Below, piece by piece: positions 39,104 through 51,340 of a stretch of 64,000 bases of DNA. The stretch's first letter is position 1. Each line of letters opens with the position of its first letter. Position numbers and translations under genes: made by a program. Under the pieces are notes generated by a model, which was given only the letters and a program-made list of their open reading frames with translations, was not told the origin of the DNA and made no database searches. The stretch comes from Welwitschia mirabilis (taxonomy: Eukaryota): positions 4,052,123-4,116,122 of the forward strand of contig JBOZIK010000001.1 of assembly GCA_051453625.1 (NCBI GenBank), in the 5' to 3' direction.

Positions 39104-40975
39104 TGTTCTGATGCCAATTATAGGAATTTAATGGTGTATTTTGAGTTCTTTTATAAGATATTTACATAGGTTTGGATGCAATATTAATGATTATGGAGAT
39201 TGGATGAGATGATCAATGAAACATGAAATTCTTATCATATTTGGTGGTTTCTTAGGCTTATTCTAATACTAGATATTTGGAAGAAGAATTGATCAAGTAA
39301 TAGATTAACTTACCTTTAATACTGAAGACAAAGAAGATTATTGTCCCCTATGTCATTCCCACAACATGTAGGATGACAACACTACTAACATGGATAGGAG
39401 CTATAGGGCTAATAGTAAGGCATGAAGCTAATGATGTACCTTTTAATGTATGAAGACATATCCTCTATCATCCCTATGATAGTNNNNNNNNNNNNNNNNN
39501 NNNNNNNNNNNNNNNNNNNNNNNNNNNNNNNNNNNNNNNNNNNNNNNNNNNNNNNNNNNNNNNNNNNNNNNNNNNNNNNNNNNNNNNNNNNNNNNNNNNN
39601 NNNNNNNNNNNNNNNNNNNNNNNNNNNNNNNNNNNNNNNNNNNNNNNNNNNNNNNNNNNNNNNNNNNNNNNNNNNNNNNNNNNNNNNNNNNNNNNNNNNN
39701 NNNNNNNNNNNNNNNNNNNNNNNNNNNNNNNNNNNNNNNNNNNNNNNNNNNNNNNNNNNNNNNNNNNNNNNNNNNNNNNNNNNNNNNNNNNNNNNNNNNN
39801 NNNNNNNNNNNNNNNNNNNNNNNNNNNNNNNNNNNNNNNNNNNNNNNNNNNNNNNNNNNNNNNNNNNNNNNNNNNNNNNNNNNNNNNNNNNNNNNNNNNN
39901 NNNNNNNNNNNNNNNNNNNNNNNNNNNNNNNNNNNNNNNNNNNNNNNNNNNNNNNNNNNNNNNNNNNNNNNNNNNNNNNNNNNNNNNNNNNNNNNNNNNN
40001 NNNNNNNNNNNNNNNNNNNNNNNNNNNNNNNNNNNNNAATAGTAAGGCATGAAGCTAATGATGTACCTTTTAATGTAGGAAGACATCTCCTCTATCATCC
40101 CTATGATAGTTAGGACAATAGCTATTTTTCTATGGTTGAAAAAAAATCTTTGTAATGAGGCCATGCAATCCATTTGGGCTATTAGATTTCTCTTTTGACT
40201 TCTAGGGTTGAGTTTCTAAAATTGTAATGTAAAACTATAAATACCCTTCTCCTTCTTTGTTTGTATTTCCATCTTTTCTATTGGGAATTCTTATGATAGT
40301 TCATCTAGTGGCTACAGAAAGGCATTCCATTAGTGTTAGACTGAGTCTCTTTCATTGAGGTGCTTCTATTTTATTATAAGTGGATATAAAGTTCTTGAAT
40401 TAATCCAATTAATCTTGAATCAATACGATTGCTATTTTCATTTTAATTTTGTGTATGTCCTTTATGATTTATACTAATCATAGTTTAAAGTATCTATTCT
40501 ATGATTTATCTAGATGATAAGGGTAATCTTTATTAAGATTAATCTTAGTTAGAATTAGATTTGCATTACTATTCCATTCCATTTTACATTACATTTTATA
40601 TTCTACTTGGTAGATCTTATAGTTCATATTTATTAGGAGCTAGTTGAATACTCTTCTTAATTGATCTAAATTATAAAGAAGCTAGTTGTTGTGAGAGAGG
40701 GATTTGAAACCAAATATATTTCATTCCATTTGCATTTGCATATATTTCTATTCACTTGCATTGCATTTACTTATTTAGTTACTTTTAGTTATAATAAGAT
40801 AAAAAGACCAAAAATATCTTGGAAATCAATTCTTTAACTCTTAGGCTAATGCCTTCATTGGGATTATGACATTTAGCTGAACTCCTATTTATACTAGCAT
40901 GTGTTTTTTTGCAAGTTATTTGATTTGCAGATTTACCTAAAGAACTTTAAGATCACATAAATTTAAATTACAACA
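39104..40975 (+). repeat. 3' LTR of D (contains a gap with duplicated flanks)
   Basis: tgttctgatgcc...attacaaca; follows the PPT; first about 195 bp match 31711-31905. Confidence 0.85.
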
Positions 40976-41931
40976 TCATGTATATTCTATCATTGATTTT
41001 TTTCTTCCCATTCCCTAATGTAAGAATTATTTATTCAATGTTCGTAATATGTTGAAGGGGATCCTCATCATTTTATCTTCTAAAATTTTGGTAGGCATTT
41101 AAATTCTTAAGTTCAGCATCATCTCCTAGGAGTAGGTCAAAAGGTATTTGAATCTCTCTTTTTCTATTGGCTAAAAATTCTCTAAGGAAAAGATCTAAAT
41201 TAGGGGTAGAAGATCCTATAAATCATTTTTGCTTATGGGCAGCACTCTACATTGTACACTAATTCTCTTCTTCTATAGTATTATAATTAAGAAAATCTAA
41301 TTTAGAAAAAATAAATTTAGAAGGAAGATTGAGTGCACTTGGAGATTGCTTTTCTGATTTGTTTTCTATCTTTACCCATCCTTCTTTAATATTCTTTTCT
41401 ATCAATAGCTTTTCTCTATAATATCTTTTCTTAATATTGACCATATTATAGCATTATGTCAACAGAAAATAATAGAAAATAGATAAAAAAGCAACACTGT
41501 TGTGCTATCTATCATGGAGATGATAGAAGGAATGATACACATAGAAAATAGAAAACAGAGGTAGAAATACAAACCAAAACACATAACTAAAAGCTTAGAA
41601 AACAAGATTATTGTCCACCTTATCATCCAGATAGCAAAGACAATGATAGTAACTAATTCTATTATGGGAAAAAAATGAAAGTCTAAAAGTACAATTAAAA
41701 ACTCATTGTTATCCTGCCTGTTATGGGGATGATAGAGAGGATGACCACTATTTTTCTATAGAAGAATAAAACTAAAAAACTGAAACTGAAAAATACAAGT
41801 GAAAAACCTATATTTCTTAATAAAACATAATGTTACTATAGATAAATAACCAAACAGAGGTCTGATATACTCACCTAAATGACGACAACCCTTGTACTTC
41901 TCAGTGATCTTTCTTAGTAATGGCATCAATT

Positions 41932-43038
41932 TGTTGCATTGTGTATTTGTATAAGTAATTAAGTTCAAAAGGATTCTGTCATTCATAAAATAAATAGATA
42001 TCTCACACAATATAACATATTATTATGAGTGGAAATAAACCCAAAATGTTGTATTCTCATTAAAGGCTATGAGATAAGACTCAAATTGGTTTACAAATGA
42101 AAATAGGAATAAAAAATAAGGAATAATGTAATAAAATAAAGTATAATGCAAATACAAGATAAAATCTAATATGGAATGAAAAATGCTCCTAATACTACTT
42201 AATTTTAGCCTTAACAAAGCCTACCCTTGATGATCTATATCACTCAATAAATTATTACTAAATCAAGAGCAATTATAAATCATAAGGCTCATTTCAGAAT
42301 ATAAATGCAATCATGAAAACAAAAAAGATTTTGTATTAAGAAGTAACAAATCATCTAAGTTACAAAATAGTTGGGCTTCAATAGAGGATGCATAGCCCTC
42401 CACCAAAGGAATGTCTTTCTACAATACTTGAGATGGATTTCCCTCCCTTCAATATCCTATTATGAGAATTTCCGATGCAACAAAGATAAGAAAGAGAGTT
42501 AAATGGGAACTTATTTATAATAACTCATAGTGGAAAAAAACAAATAGATGACATGATAAGATGTGTTTATTATAGATAAGAAACAGATGAAATAGTCAAG
42601 GGTCAACTATTAGAGTTGGTTACATATTAATGTTATCCTAATTGTCCTCCAGATGATATGGGGGATGATACCTCATTATAAAAAATGACTTAAAATGATG
42701 ACTTAGTAGTCAAAATGATGACTTAGTAGTGATTTAGCCATCCATTTCAACAACTAACAGTGTTATCATCCTACCTATCATGGGGATAATAAAGCGAATG
42801 ACGGTCTTCTTTGATCATTTTGCAAAGGAGAAACGTAGCCTTGTTATCAATATTCTTCTTTCAAGGCTCTTTGTATCAAAATATGCCTTAAATGCATTAA
42901 ATCTAGGTAAGAATTATACATTTCCAATATCTTCTACTGAATCTCCAAAATCCTCAAAATTACACTTAAATTTATATAAATGTCCTATAAAATAGCTTAT
43001 AAAAACCCATTAAATAACCACAAATTGGTAGTGCAACA
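41932..43038 (-). repeat. 5' LTR of C1 (1107 bp)
   Basis: Perfect 7 bp terminal inverted repeats tgttgca/tgcaaca; PBS adjacent on the element-internal side. Confidence 0.85.
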
Positions 43039-43538
43039 TGTATTCATTTGGATTAGATCCTATACTATTGCATCCGTGCTTGAGGTGCAACTTGTTTTTA
43101 TTCTATTCTTCCTATGATTGAGTCTCAGTCTTTGAAATACTCCAAGTGTAAGAGGTAGATGATAAGCCTATAAAGTCATTACTGTTATGTAAGAATTTGA
43201 TGATAAGCTTGAAAAATCATTACTGTTGTCTAAGAAGTTGATTATAAGCCTATAAAATCATCACTATTATGTAAGAGGTTGATGATAAGCCTAAAAAATC
43301 ATCATTTTTGTATAAGAGATTAATGATCAACCAAAAAATCATTAGTTTAAGAGTGATAAGGAAACCAAGGAAGATAACATCTTACCTCTCCTTGAAGAGT
43401 GGAGTAGGCACATTGCCGAACCACCATAAATCTTGTAGGATAATTATTTTGTAAAGCTAATTAATTTTGCTTAAGTATTAGTTTTTGGATTTAAAATTAT
43501 TTATTATTCCTATTTACCTCCCCTCTAGGAATTTCACA
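43039..43538 (+). mobile_element. 3' portion of a second Sirevirus-type LTR
   Basis: 41-bp tandem repeats, ggagtagg...gccgaaccac block, C-rich end cctatttacctcccctctagg and terminal ...ttcaca; no PBS follows. Confidence 0.7.
43148..43348 (+). repeat. 41-bp tandem repeat x about 5
   Basis: Units at 43148, 43189, 43230, 43271 and 43312; consensus gtaagaggttgatgataagcctataaaatcatcactgttat. Confidence 0.9.
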
Positions 43539-43539
43539 T

Positions 43540-46170
43540 TCTTTTGTAGGATGAGAGTTATCTTCAAATATATCACATATTGTAATTATGTTCTTCTCAT
43601 TTGTTACTTTTATATCAACTAATATTTGAGTGTATTTCTCCAAAGTGGAAGTGAAATCCTTAATTACATTTGTTGATTTATTTGTTCTTCCTCATTATCA
43701 TGTTTTAATTCCTTTAAATCTTTTATAATTTATCTTGTAGTTTGATTTTCTTTAAAAATTGGTTTAGGTCAAGTTTAACTTATTTCAACTAAATCTTCCA
43801 AAACTTCCATGCATTATCTAAATTTAAGTTAATAAAGTTAACATCATAAGAAAAGTCTATAAGTTATTTGGTTTTATTATTTAATCCATTGTAAAAATAA
43901 TATGTTAATTCTACTTTAGAAACTTTATTAACAGGATTGGAATGAGTAGCTATAAGAAATCATTCATATGTTTTGGCATGATGATCATTAAGTTGTTATT
44001 GAAAGTTCATGACTTATTTTCTTCTTTTTTCCATTATACTCTCACTAATGAATCTTTAATAAAAACATTTTATACTTGACTCCAAGTTTTAAGACTTTTA
44101 TAAGGAATGGTTTTAAGCCAAAGTTTTGCTCTTTCTTTAAGTGTGATAGGAAAGCTGATCATGTAAGTTCTATCACTAATTTGTATTTTTCCCTTTCTTA
44201 AAGTGAGGAAACTTGTTCTATAGTGGTGATATGTTGAAAAGGATCTTCATTAGGTTCTTCTAAAAATGTTGTATAAGCATTTAAGTTTCTTAGCTTTACA
44301 TAATCAATAGGAGATAAGTCAAAAGGGTTTTGAATCTTACATTTTCTATTGGTTATTATATCTTCTAGTGTAATATTTGTATTTGCATATGTATTTTCAT
44401 TAGAAATTCCTATCATGACTGGAGTATTGTATGACACTGCTTGTTTTTGTTCTTGCATTGAGTTTGATGCTAATTAAATAAAACTATTTTCTTCTATAAT
44501 ATTATTTGCATTAATTTCTTTTGAAAAATATGATTTTAAAATAATGAAATTTGAAAATTCTTATCATTTAATTATTAGAATTCTTTACATACCTAGGATN
44601 NNNNNNNNNNNNNNNNNNNNNNNNNNNNNNNNNNNNNNNNNNNNNNNNNNNNNNNNNNNNNNNNNNNNNNNNNNNNNNNNNNNNNNNNNNNNNNNNNNNN
44701 NNNNNNNNNNNNNNNNNNNNNNNNNNNNNNNNNNNNNNNNNNNNNNNNNNNNNNNNNNNNNNNNNNNNNNNNNNNNNNNNNNNNNNNNNNNNNNNNNNNN
44801 NNNNNNNNNNNNNNNNNNNNNNNNNNNNNNNNNNNNNNNNNNNNNNNNNNNNNNNNNNNNNNNNNNNNNNNNNNNNNNNNNNNNNNNNNNNNNNNNNNNN
44901 NNNNNNNNNNNNNNNNNNNNNNNNNNNNNNNNNNNNNNNNNNNNNNNNNNNNNNNNNNNNNNNNNNNNNNNNNNNNNNNNNNNNNNNNNNNNNNNNNNNN
45001 NNNNNNNNNNNNNNNNNNNNNNNNNNNNNNNNNNNNNNNNNNNNNNNNNNNNNNNNNNNNNNNNNNNNNNNNNNNNNNNNNNNNNNNNNNNNNNNNNNNN
45101 NNNNNNNNNNNNNNNNNNNNNNNNNNNNNNNNNNNNNNNNNNNNNNNNNNNNNNNNNNNNNNNNNNNNNNNNNNNNNNNNNNNNNNNNNNNNNNNNNNNN
45201 NNNNNNNNNNNNNNNNNNNNNNNNNNNNNNNNNNNNNNNNNNNNNNNNNNNNNNNNNNNNNNNNNNNNNNNNNNNNNNNNNNNNNNNNNNNNNNNNNNNN
45301 NNNNNNNNNNNNNNNNNNNNNNNNNNNNNNNNNNNNNNNNNNNNNNNNNNNNNNNNNNNNNNNNNNNNNNNNNNNNNNNNNNNNNNNNNNNNNNNNNNNN
45401 NNNNNNNNNNNNNNNNNNNNNNNNNNNNNNNNNNNNNNNNNNNNNNNNNNNNNNNNNNNNNNNNNNNNNNNNNNNNNNNNNNNNNNNNNNNNNNNNNNNN
45501 NNNNNNNNNNNNNNNNNNNNNNNNNNNNNNNNNNNNNNTGATATTAACTTATTATGCAACAAAATAATAAAAAAACCCTAAACCTAAGCTATTGTCCACC
45601 TCTAACATCTAAACAATAGACAAAATGATAGGGCGCTATTTGTAGAATGGAAATAAAAAAAAACTATGGAAAGAAAAACTTTAGTATTTATAGTAAAAAT
45701 ACAATGCTATTATAAACACATAACCTAAATTAAAATTCAAAGCACTTATCTGGGTAATGATAGTCCTTGAACTTGTCACAGCCTTCCTGGTGATGGCACC
45801 AAAATGTTATGATGCATATTTATGGAATTATTATGTCCTTAAGCAAATCTTGTTAATCACATTTTTGGATAACATGCACATTAGTATAAATAAAAGTAAA
45901 CTCAAATGTTCTAATCCATTAAAGGCACTAGGCTCAAAGTTAGAGAATTTATTTCAAGTAAAGTATTTTTGTATTTTTAATTTATGTTTAAATGAAGAGA
46001 ATAATGCAAGAAAATAATGCAAAGTAAACATATTAATGTGATGCAAATGAAAACTGCTTTAAATGAATTATATATATAATTACCAAATCTTCTTATCACA
46101 AAGACTAGTTTTGCATAACTTAGATTAATCAAGGAAACTATTACTAACCCTAACCAACTTAAGTTATCAG
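43540..46170 (-). mobile_element. Element B4: 5' part of a B-family element (partial 5' LTR, PBS, 5' UTR, gag N-terminal part)
   Basis: LTR part 45805-46170; PBS reverse at about 45784-45801 (tggtgccatcaccaggaa); gag ORF 44198-44458 with TTFLEEPNEDPFQHITTIEQ; colinear with 58990-60590. Confidence 0.8.
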
Positions 46171-46177
46171 GTACTTT

Positions 46178-47438
46178 TTTTTTAATGCTAAATTGTATGT
46201 TTCTAATTAGGTATTTTGAGTAGTTTTGCAAGATATTTAGAAGTGTTTAACACAAAATGATGATTGTTAAGATTCATGGAGAAAATCATGGAAATACACA
46301 ATTATCAATACATTTGAAGGCATTTTGGATTAATTTTAATATTTCACATTTTGAATAGGAATTAATGTTCTACAAGGCTAAATTCACTTAGTTGAATAGC
46401 TTGAAAAAGTCTATCAGCTTCTTTATCATCTGGATGACCACCTGGATGACATCATTTACATGCTAACTAGGATGTTGATTAGACCAACATGAAGGCTAAA
46501 TATAAAAATCTCCTTACCATCATTCATATGACCAAAGGATGATACTTAATTATAGTTAATGTATCAAACTTTACTTAACTTATGTAATGTATCATGCATC
46601 TTCTATGCATCATTAGGATTTTAGTTGCGTCTTTTAGATTTTTTATTTTTAAGTCTATTATTGTTAATAAATACTACCTTTTCCCTCAACTTTGATAATA
46701 TTTTTAGCATAAAAAAGTCTTATGATAGAAGATCGAAAGGCATAAGGTCCATCTCTTAGTTACAGAGAGGAGTTTTCCTTAGTGTTCAATTGTGCCTACT
46801 TCATTAATGTGCTACTACTTTTTAATAGAATGTTGGTTCAACTTCTAATGAAAATCTTCTTTTAGTTTTATTCATGTGAATGTCCCTTATGATTTATGTT
46901 GCTTACAGTTCCATAATAACTTTATTTGTGATATAGGTCATTAAAGAAAACCTTTATCAAGGTTGAAATTATTAGGATAGGAACTTATATTATATTTTAT
47001 ATTTTTTAGCTTAATATTACATGTTTTTCATATTTTATTTAACATACTTAATAGCCTACGTTGGTTAGGATTAGTAACTATTTCTTAATTGATCTAGGTT
47101 AGATAGGGCCAATCTTGATGATAGAGATTTAGTAGTTAGATAAATATTAAATTTAGAATCATTTACATCTATGTTTTATTAGTGTATTTATTTTCTGGCA
47201 TTGTTGATTTTCATTTTGAACATTAAAAGAAAAACCAAAAAATACATAACATTAAATCAATCCTCTAGCTTTGAACCTAGCGCCTTCAATAGATTATGAC
47301 ATTTGGGTTAACTATTATCTATATTAGTGTGTTGTGTTTGTGCATATATTTATGATTGATAAGATTTAACTAGCATATATTTGTGATTGATAATATTTAA
47401 CTAAGGATATAACATTTGTATAAATACATCCTGCAACA
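46178..47438 (+). repeat. 5' LTR of B2
   Basis: Homologous to 63601-64000; ends ctgcaaca before the PBS; start decayed into a T run. Confidence 0.8.
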
Positions 47439-47875
47439 TCTTGGCACCATTACTAGAAAAGGCTATAAGGAGTTTGGGGATTATCATTATCTAGATTAGT
47501 GATTTTAATTTTAATTTAAGTATTTGTTTGTAATAGTTTTTATTTTTATGTTTTTCATTTTTCATTCCACATTTTTGAGCTTGTTGTCTTGTTTGCCATC
47601 TAGATGATACAATAGACAATGATCTAGGATTATGATTTTTCTAAGATTTTTCATAGTTTTTATTTTCAAGATTTTTCTATAGAACAAATTGCTATTATCT
47701 TTCCTATTATCCAAACAATATAGGTAGACAACTATTAATTTTAGTTTTAGTTCTATTTTTTTTTTTCCATGTTCTCTCTTTTTCATTTTTTTTTCTATGT
47801 AGTAGTTGTCCAGGTAATCATCTAGATGATGATAGAGATGAAAACTATAGAAATATCATTAAGCATTCAGGGATA

Positions 47876-50800
47876 TGATATACTTAGGTAAAAAGTTAAA
47901 GTATTAAACAAAGCAAAGCTTGATTAAGAAAAATATTAGAGAAGGTATAATTAACTATGAGCGTAACCCAAGCATGCATATCCTAAGTATGTAAATAATT
48001 TGAAGAATTAAGAAAGAAGGTTTTATAGCTTTATTATTTTAAAATATAATTTTTTAAAAGAAATTAATAGTTTAGAAGCCAATTATTTTTCTCCATTTAT
48101 TTTGAATTGAATACAAAAAAAGATAAGTAGGTTTATTAAACACTTCAATCATGATAGAAATTTCTAATATAAATTCAAATGTAAATACAAATGTTTCATT
48201 TAAAGTTTTAAAAGATAATAAAAAATATAAAATCCAAAATCTTTTTTACTTACCTTATGGTAATGATCTAGAATTAATAAACTTAAATGATTATTCAACT
48301 TTTTTAGGAGAACCTAATAAAGATCCTTTCCAACATCTCTCCAACATAGAATAATTAGTGCTCACTTTAGGAAATGGAAAAAATGAATTAGTAATTAAAC
48401 CTACATGATTATTTTTTCTATCACAGTTAGAGATAGTGAAAACTTTGTCTTAAAATCATGCCTCATAAAAGTCTTAAAACCTGGAGTTAAGTATAAGACG
48501 ATTTTATCAAATGATTCAAGCATGAGAGCATAATGGAAAAAATAACAAAACAAGTTACAAATTCTTTACAACAACTTAATGGTATTATGCCATAACATAT
48601 AAACACTTTATTACAGCTACTCATTCTAATCCTATTAACGAATTTTCTAAAATGAATTATAGATTATTTTTACAATGGATTGAATAGAAAATTCAAATAA
48701 CTTATAGATTTTTCATGTGATGGAAACTTGATGAATTCAAATTTAGAAAATGCTTGGACATTATTGAAAGATCATCTTAAAATTAGTCAAACTTGGCCTA
48801 AATTAACGTTTAATAAAAATTGAACTGTAGGTCAAACGATAAAAGACTTAAAAGAAGTAAAACATGATAAGGAGGAATTTCAAAAAAAATCTAATAAAAG
48901 TAATTAAGGATTTTACTACTTCTTTGAAAAAATAAACTCAAATAATTCTAGATCCAAAGGTAACAAATGAGAAAAACATAATATCAACATGTGATATATG
49001 TGAAGATAGCTCTTATATAACACAAAAATGTTCCTTGTTACCTACATGTAAAGAGAAAATACTTGAAGAAGTTCATGCATTTAACCAAAGACCTTTAAAT
49101 TTTCAAAACCANNNNNNNNNNNNNNNNNNNNNNNNNNNNNNNNNNNNNNNNNNNNNNNNNNNNNNNNNNNNNNNNNNNNNNNNNNNNNNNNNNNNNNNNN
49201 NNNNNNNNNNNTTTAAATTTTCAAAATCAAATGTAATATCAATAAGGAATGAGTGGATAAAATAAATAAAAATCTCTTGAGAAAAGATCAAATAATTCAA
49301 ACTTCCAACCAAATAAATTCTAATCAAGTAGTTTAAAATTTAAATCAAGCTTTTTAAATTTTTAAAATCAAAATAAAAATGATCTAATTATGAATACAAT
49401 GGAAGAGTTAAGAAGAACTAACACAAATATTAAAAATTCAATTNNNNNNNNNNNNNNNNNNNNNNNNNNCAATCAAAGATTACAAGGATCTCTTACAATA
49501 TAAACTTTTTCAAATTCAAATGAAGTAAAAATGAGATTATAAATTAATTAATACAAAAACACCTATCTATGAAACTTCAACTTCAAAAAATTATGAAGAA
49601 GGAAAGGAAGAGGAGATATAGAAATCTTAGAAACATATAATTTTCCTTCAACTCTAAGTAAGTGTTTACAAAAAAATAAAGGAAATAGATAAGCTACTCC
49701 TTGACTTGATAAATTAAATATAGATCCTATTTTTGATGAGAACTTAAATGACTTAATATAAGATAATAATATCAACTCATCCTTTCAAAAACTCTTTCAA
49801 GAAATCCTAAGTATCCTAAGTTGTGGAAAGACCTACTTAAAAGAAAACAAAAATGTATTGTTCGTACTAGAGTCTTTCTTGCATAATCTATATTCAACTT
49901 AGTCATATAAAAAGCACCTAAATTTGAAGATCCTAAGGTAGCTATAGAGAGTGTTACTTTAGAAGGAAATAATAAAATAAACAAATCTTTAATTGAACGA
50001 GGATCAAGTGTAAACACTATGCCTCTTCACATTTGTGAAGGACTGGGGTTAAAAAAAAGAATTAAACCTACATAAATCACCTTAGAATTAGCTGATATAT
50101 TAAGAAGGAAAATTGTAGGGATTATTAAAAACTAAGTCATCCAAATAGAAGAATCCGTCTTACCCATATATCTAGTTATAAATGAAGTATAACATGATGA
50201 AAGTTACCCACTACTTTTAGTAAGAGCCTTTTGTGCAACTATTCATTTCATTATAGATGCATGAACCAGATTAATGGAATGTCACATTGGTAATAATAAG
50301 TACACTATTAGGGTTTTTGATGCTATAGAAAAAGATATGGATAATGAAAGAAACTTAGAAAAAAGATCAAAACCAACTTTATTTGTATAACATCATCTAG
50401 TTGAAGAGATATTAAGAATATTATAAGAGTCAATTTTTCATAATATTTAAATAGAAATAAATATTTCTAATTACAGGGATGAAGAAGTGAAATCTATTAA
50501 TAGAAAAGAAGTCCAATATGTAAACTTAATTGAGAAAATATTTTATATGACTTATTTTTCACTTCAGTTATCTAGATGACAATCATATACAATAGTAAGA
50601 AAAAGTATAATTCAACAAAATAAAAATAAGAATAATGAAAAAAAGGAAAGATATAATTACTGATAATAAAAAAAATAGAAAGTACTTAATACAAAAAGAA
50701 TAAAGACAACAATAAGAAGAGAAATAATAATTAAGAACCTATAAAATATCAACCAAACTTGATGAAAAATAGAGCTATCCTTTCCAAAATACTAATCCAA

Positions 50801-51340
50801 TTTAAAAAAATTTCCCATGTTTCTCCATCCCATTCTCTTAAAAATATTTAAAGAAACATCTTTTCTTATTTTACCAAGTACACTTAATCTTATTTATCTA
50901 ATGATAATTTTTTTTTAAGTATGACTTGGGATATCTCAGACTTTTAAATTATAGAAAATTTTATCTTTTTGATTTTTCATACTTAAAGCTAAGACTTAGA
51001 AAAATTCTTAAGTATATTAAACCTAGCTTCATCATTCATCCTAAGAATCTTTCTTAAAATTTTTTTGATTCCTAATAGGACCATTAATCTTTTTCATTTT
51101 CAATATTAATCTTTAGATGAAATCTATATTTGGAATTCTTCATGTAATGAATTTGATAAGAGATTATTGTTCCATGAATTATCTAATCTCTTTATCTCTC
51201 AAATAGCAAATAAATGTTTTGGAGTTAAAATATAACTTCTCATGCATATATAACTTTTATATTTTATTACTTGATCTTTATTTGGTTTATTTCCCTTTTT
51301 TTGGAAGAAAATACAATTTCCTAGATCCTAAATAAATTCT
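47876..51340 (+). pseudogene. gag: B2 gag-protease plus a C-terminal extension of unknown function; no RT, RNase H or integrase
   Basis: STFLGEPNKDPFQHLSNIE; knuckle STCDICEDSSYITQKC (about 48985-49032); KINKSLIERGSSVNTMPL (protease, about 49975-50027); LLLVRAFCAT; then an extension ending LDEIYIWNSSCNEFDKRLLFHEL...SLFGLFPFFWKKI. Confidence 0.85.

Larger units (their letters stand above)
31711..40975 (+). mobile_element. Element D: pol-containing Athila-like Ty3/Gypsy element, 5'-deleted internally, RNase H-integrase duplicated, inserted into the C1 gag
   Basis: 5' LTR start 31711-about 31905 matches the 3' LTR start at 39104. PPT aaatagaggg at 39091-39100. The 3' LTR ends caaca at 40975. 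Flanks ccaca/tcatg rejoin the C1 gag. Confidence 0.85.
26860..43038 (-). mobile_element. Element C1: pol-less Athila-like element (5' LTR, PBS, gag, protease, extension, 3' UTR; 3' LTR missing), interrupted by element D
   Basis: 5' LTR 41932-43038 (tgttgc...gcaaca). PBS reverse at 41911-41928 (tgatgccattactaagaa). Gag N-terminal part at about 40976-41450 continues at 31710 downwards. Protease at about 29900-30350. 3' UTR 26860-28100 is homologous to 37200-38400. Confidence 0.8.

Noticed and set aside
39411-40110. Direct repeat flanking the gap in the D 3' LTR
   Set aside because: Near-identical gap-flank overlap; assembly artefact.
43148-43348. Palindromic about 41-bp repeats as a CRISPR array
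   Set aside because: Units are contiguous with no unique spacers, no cas genes are present, and the context is a eukaryotic LTR.
44544-45581. Long ORFs in the track (also at 21487, 24052, 39409 and 62803)
   Set aside because: Their length comes from runs of N translated as X.
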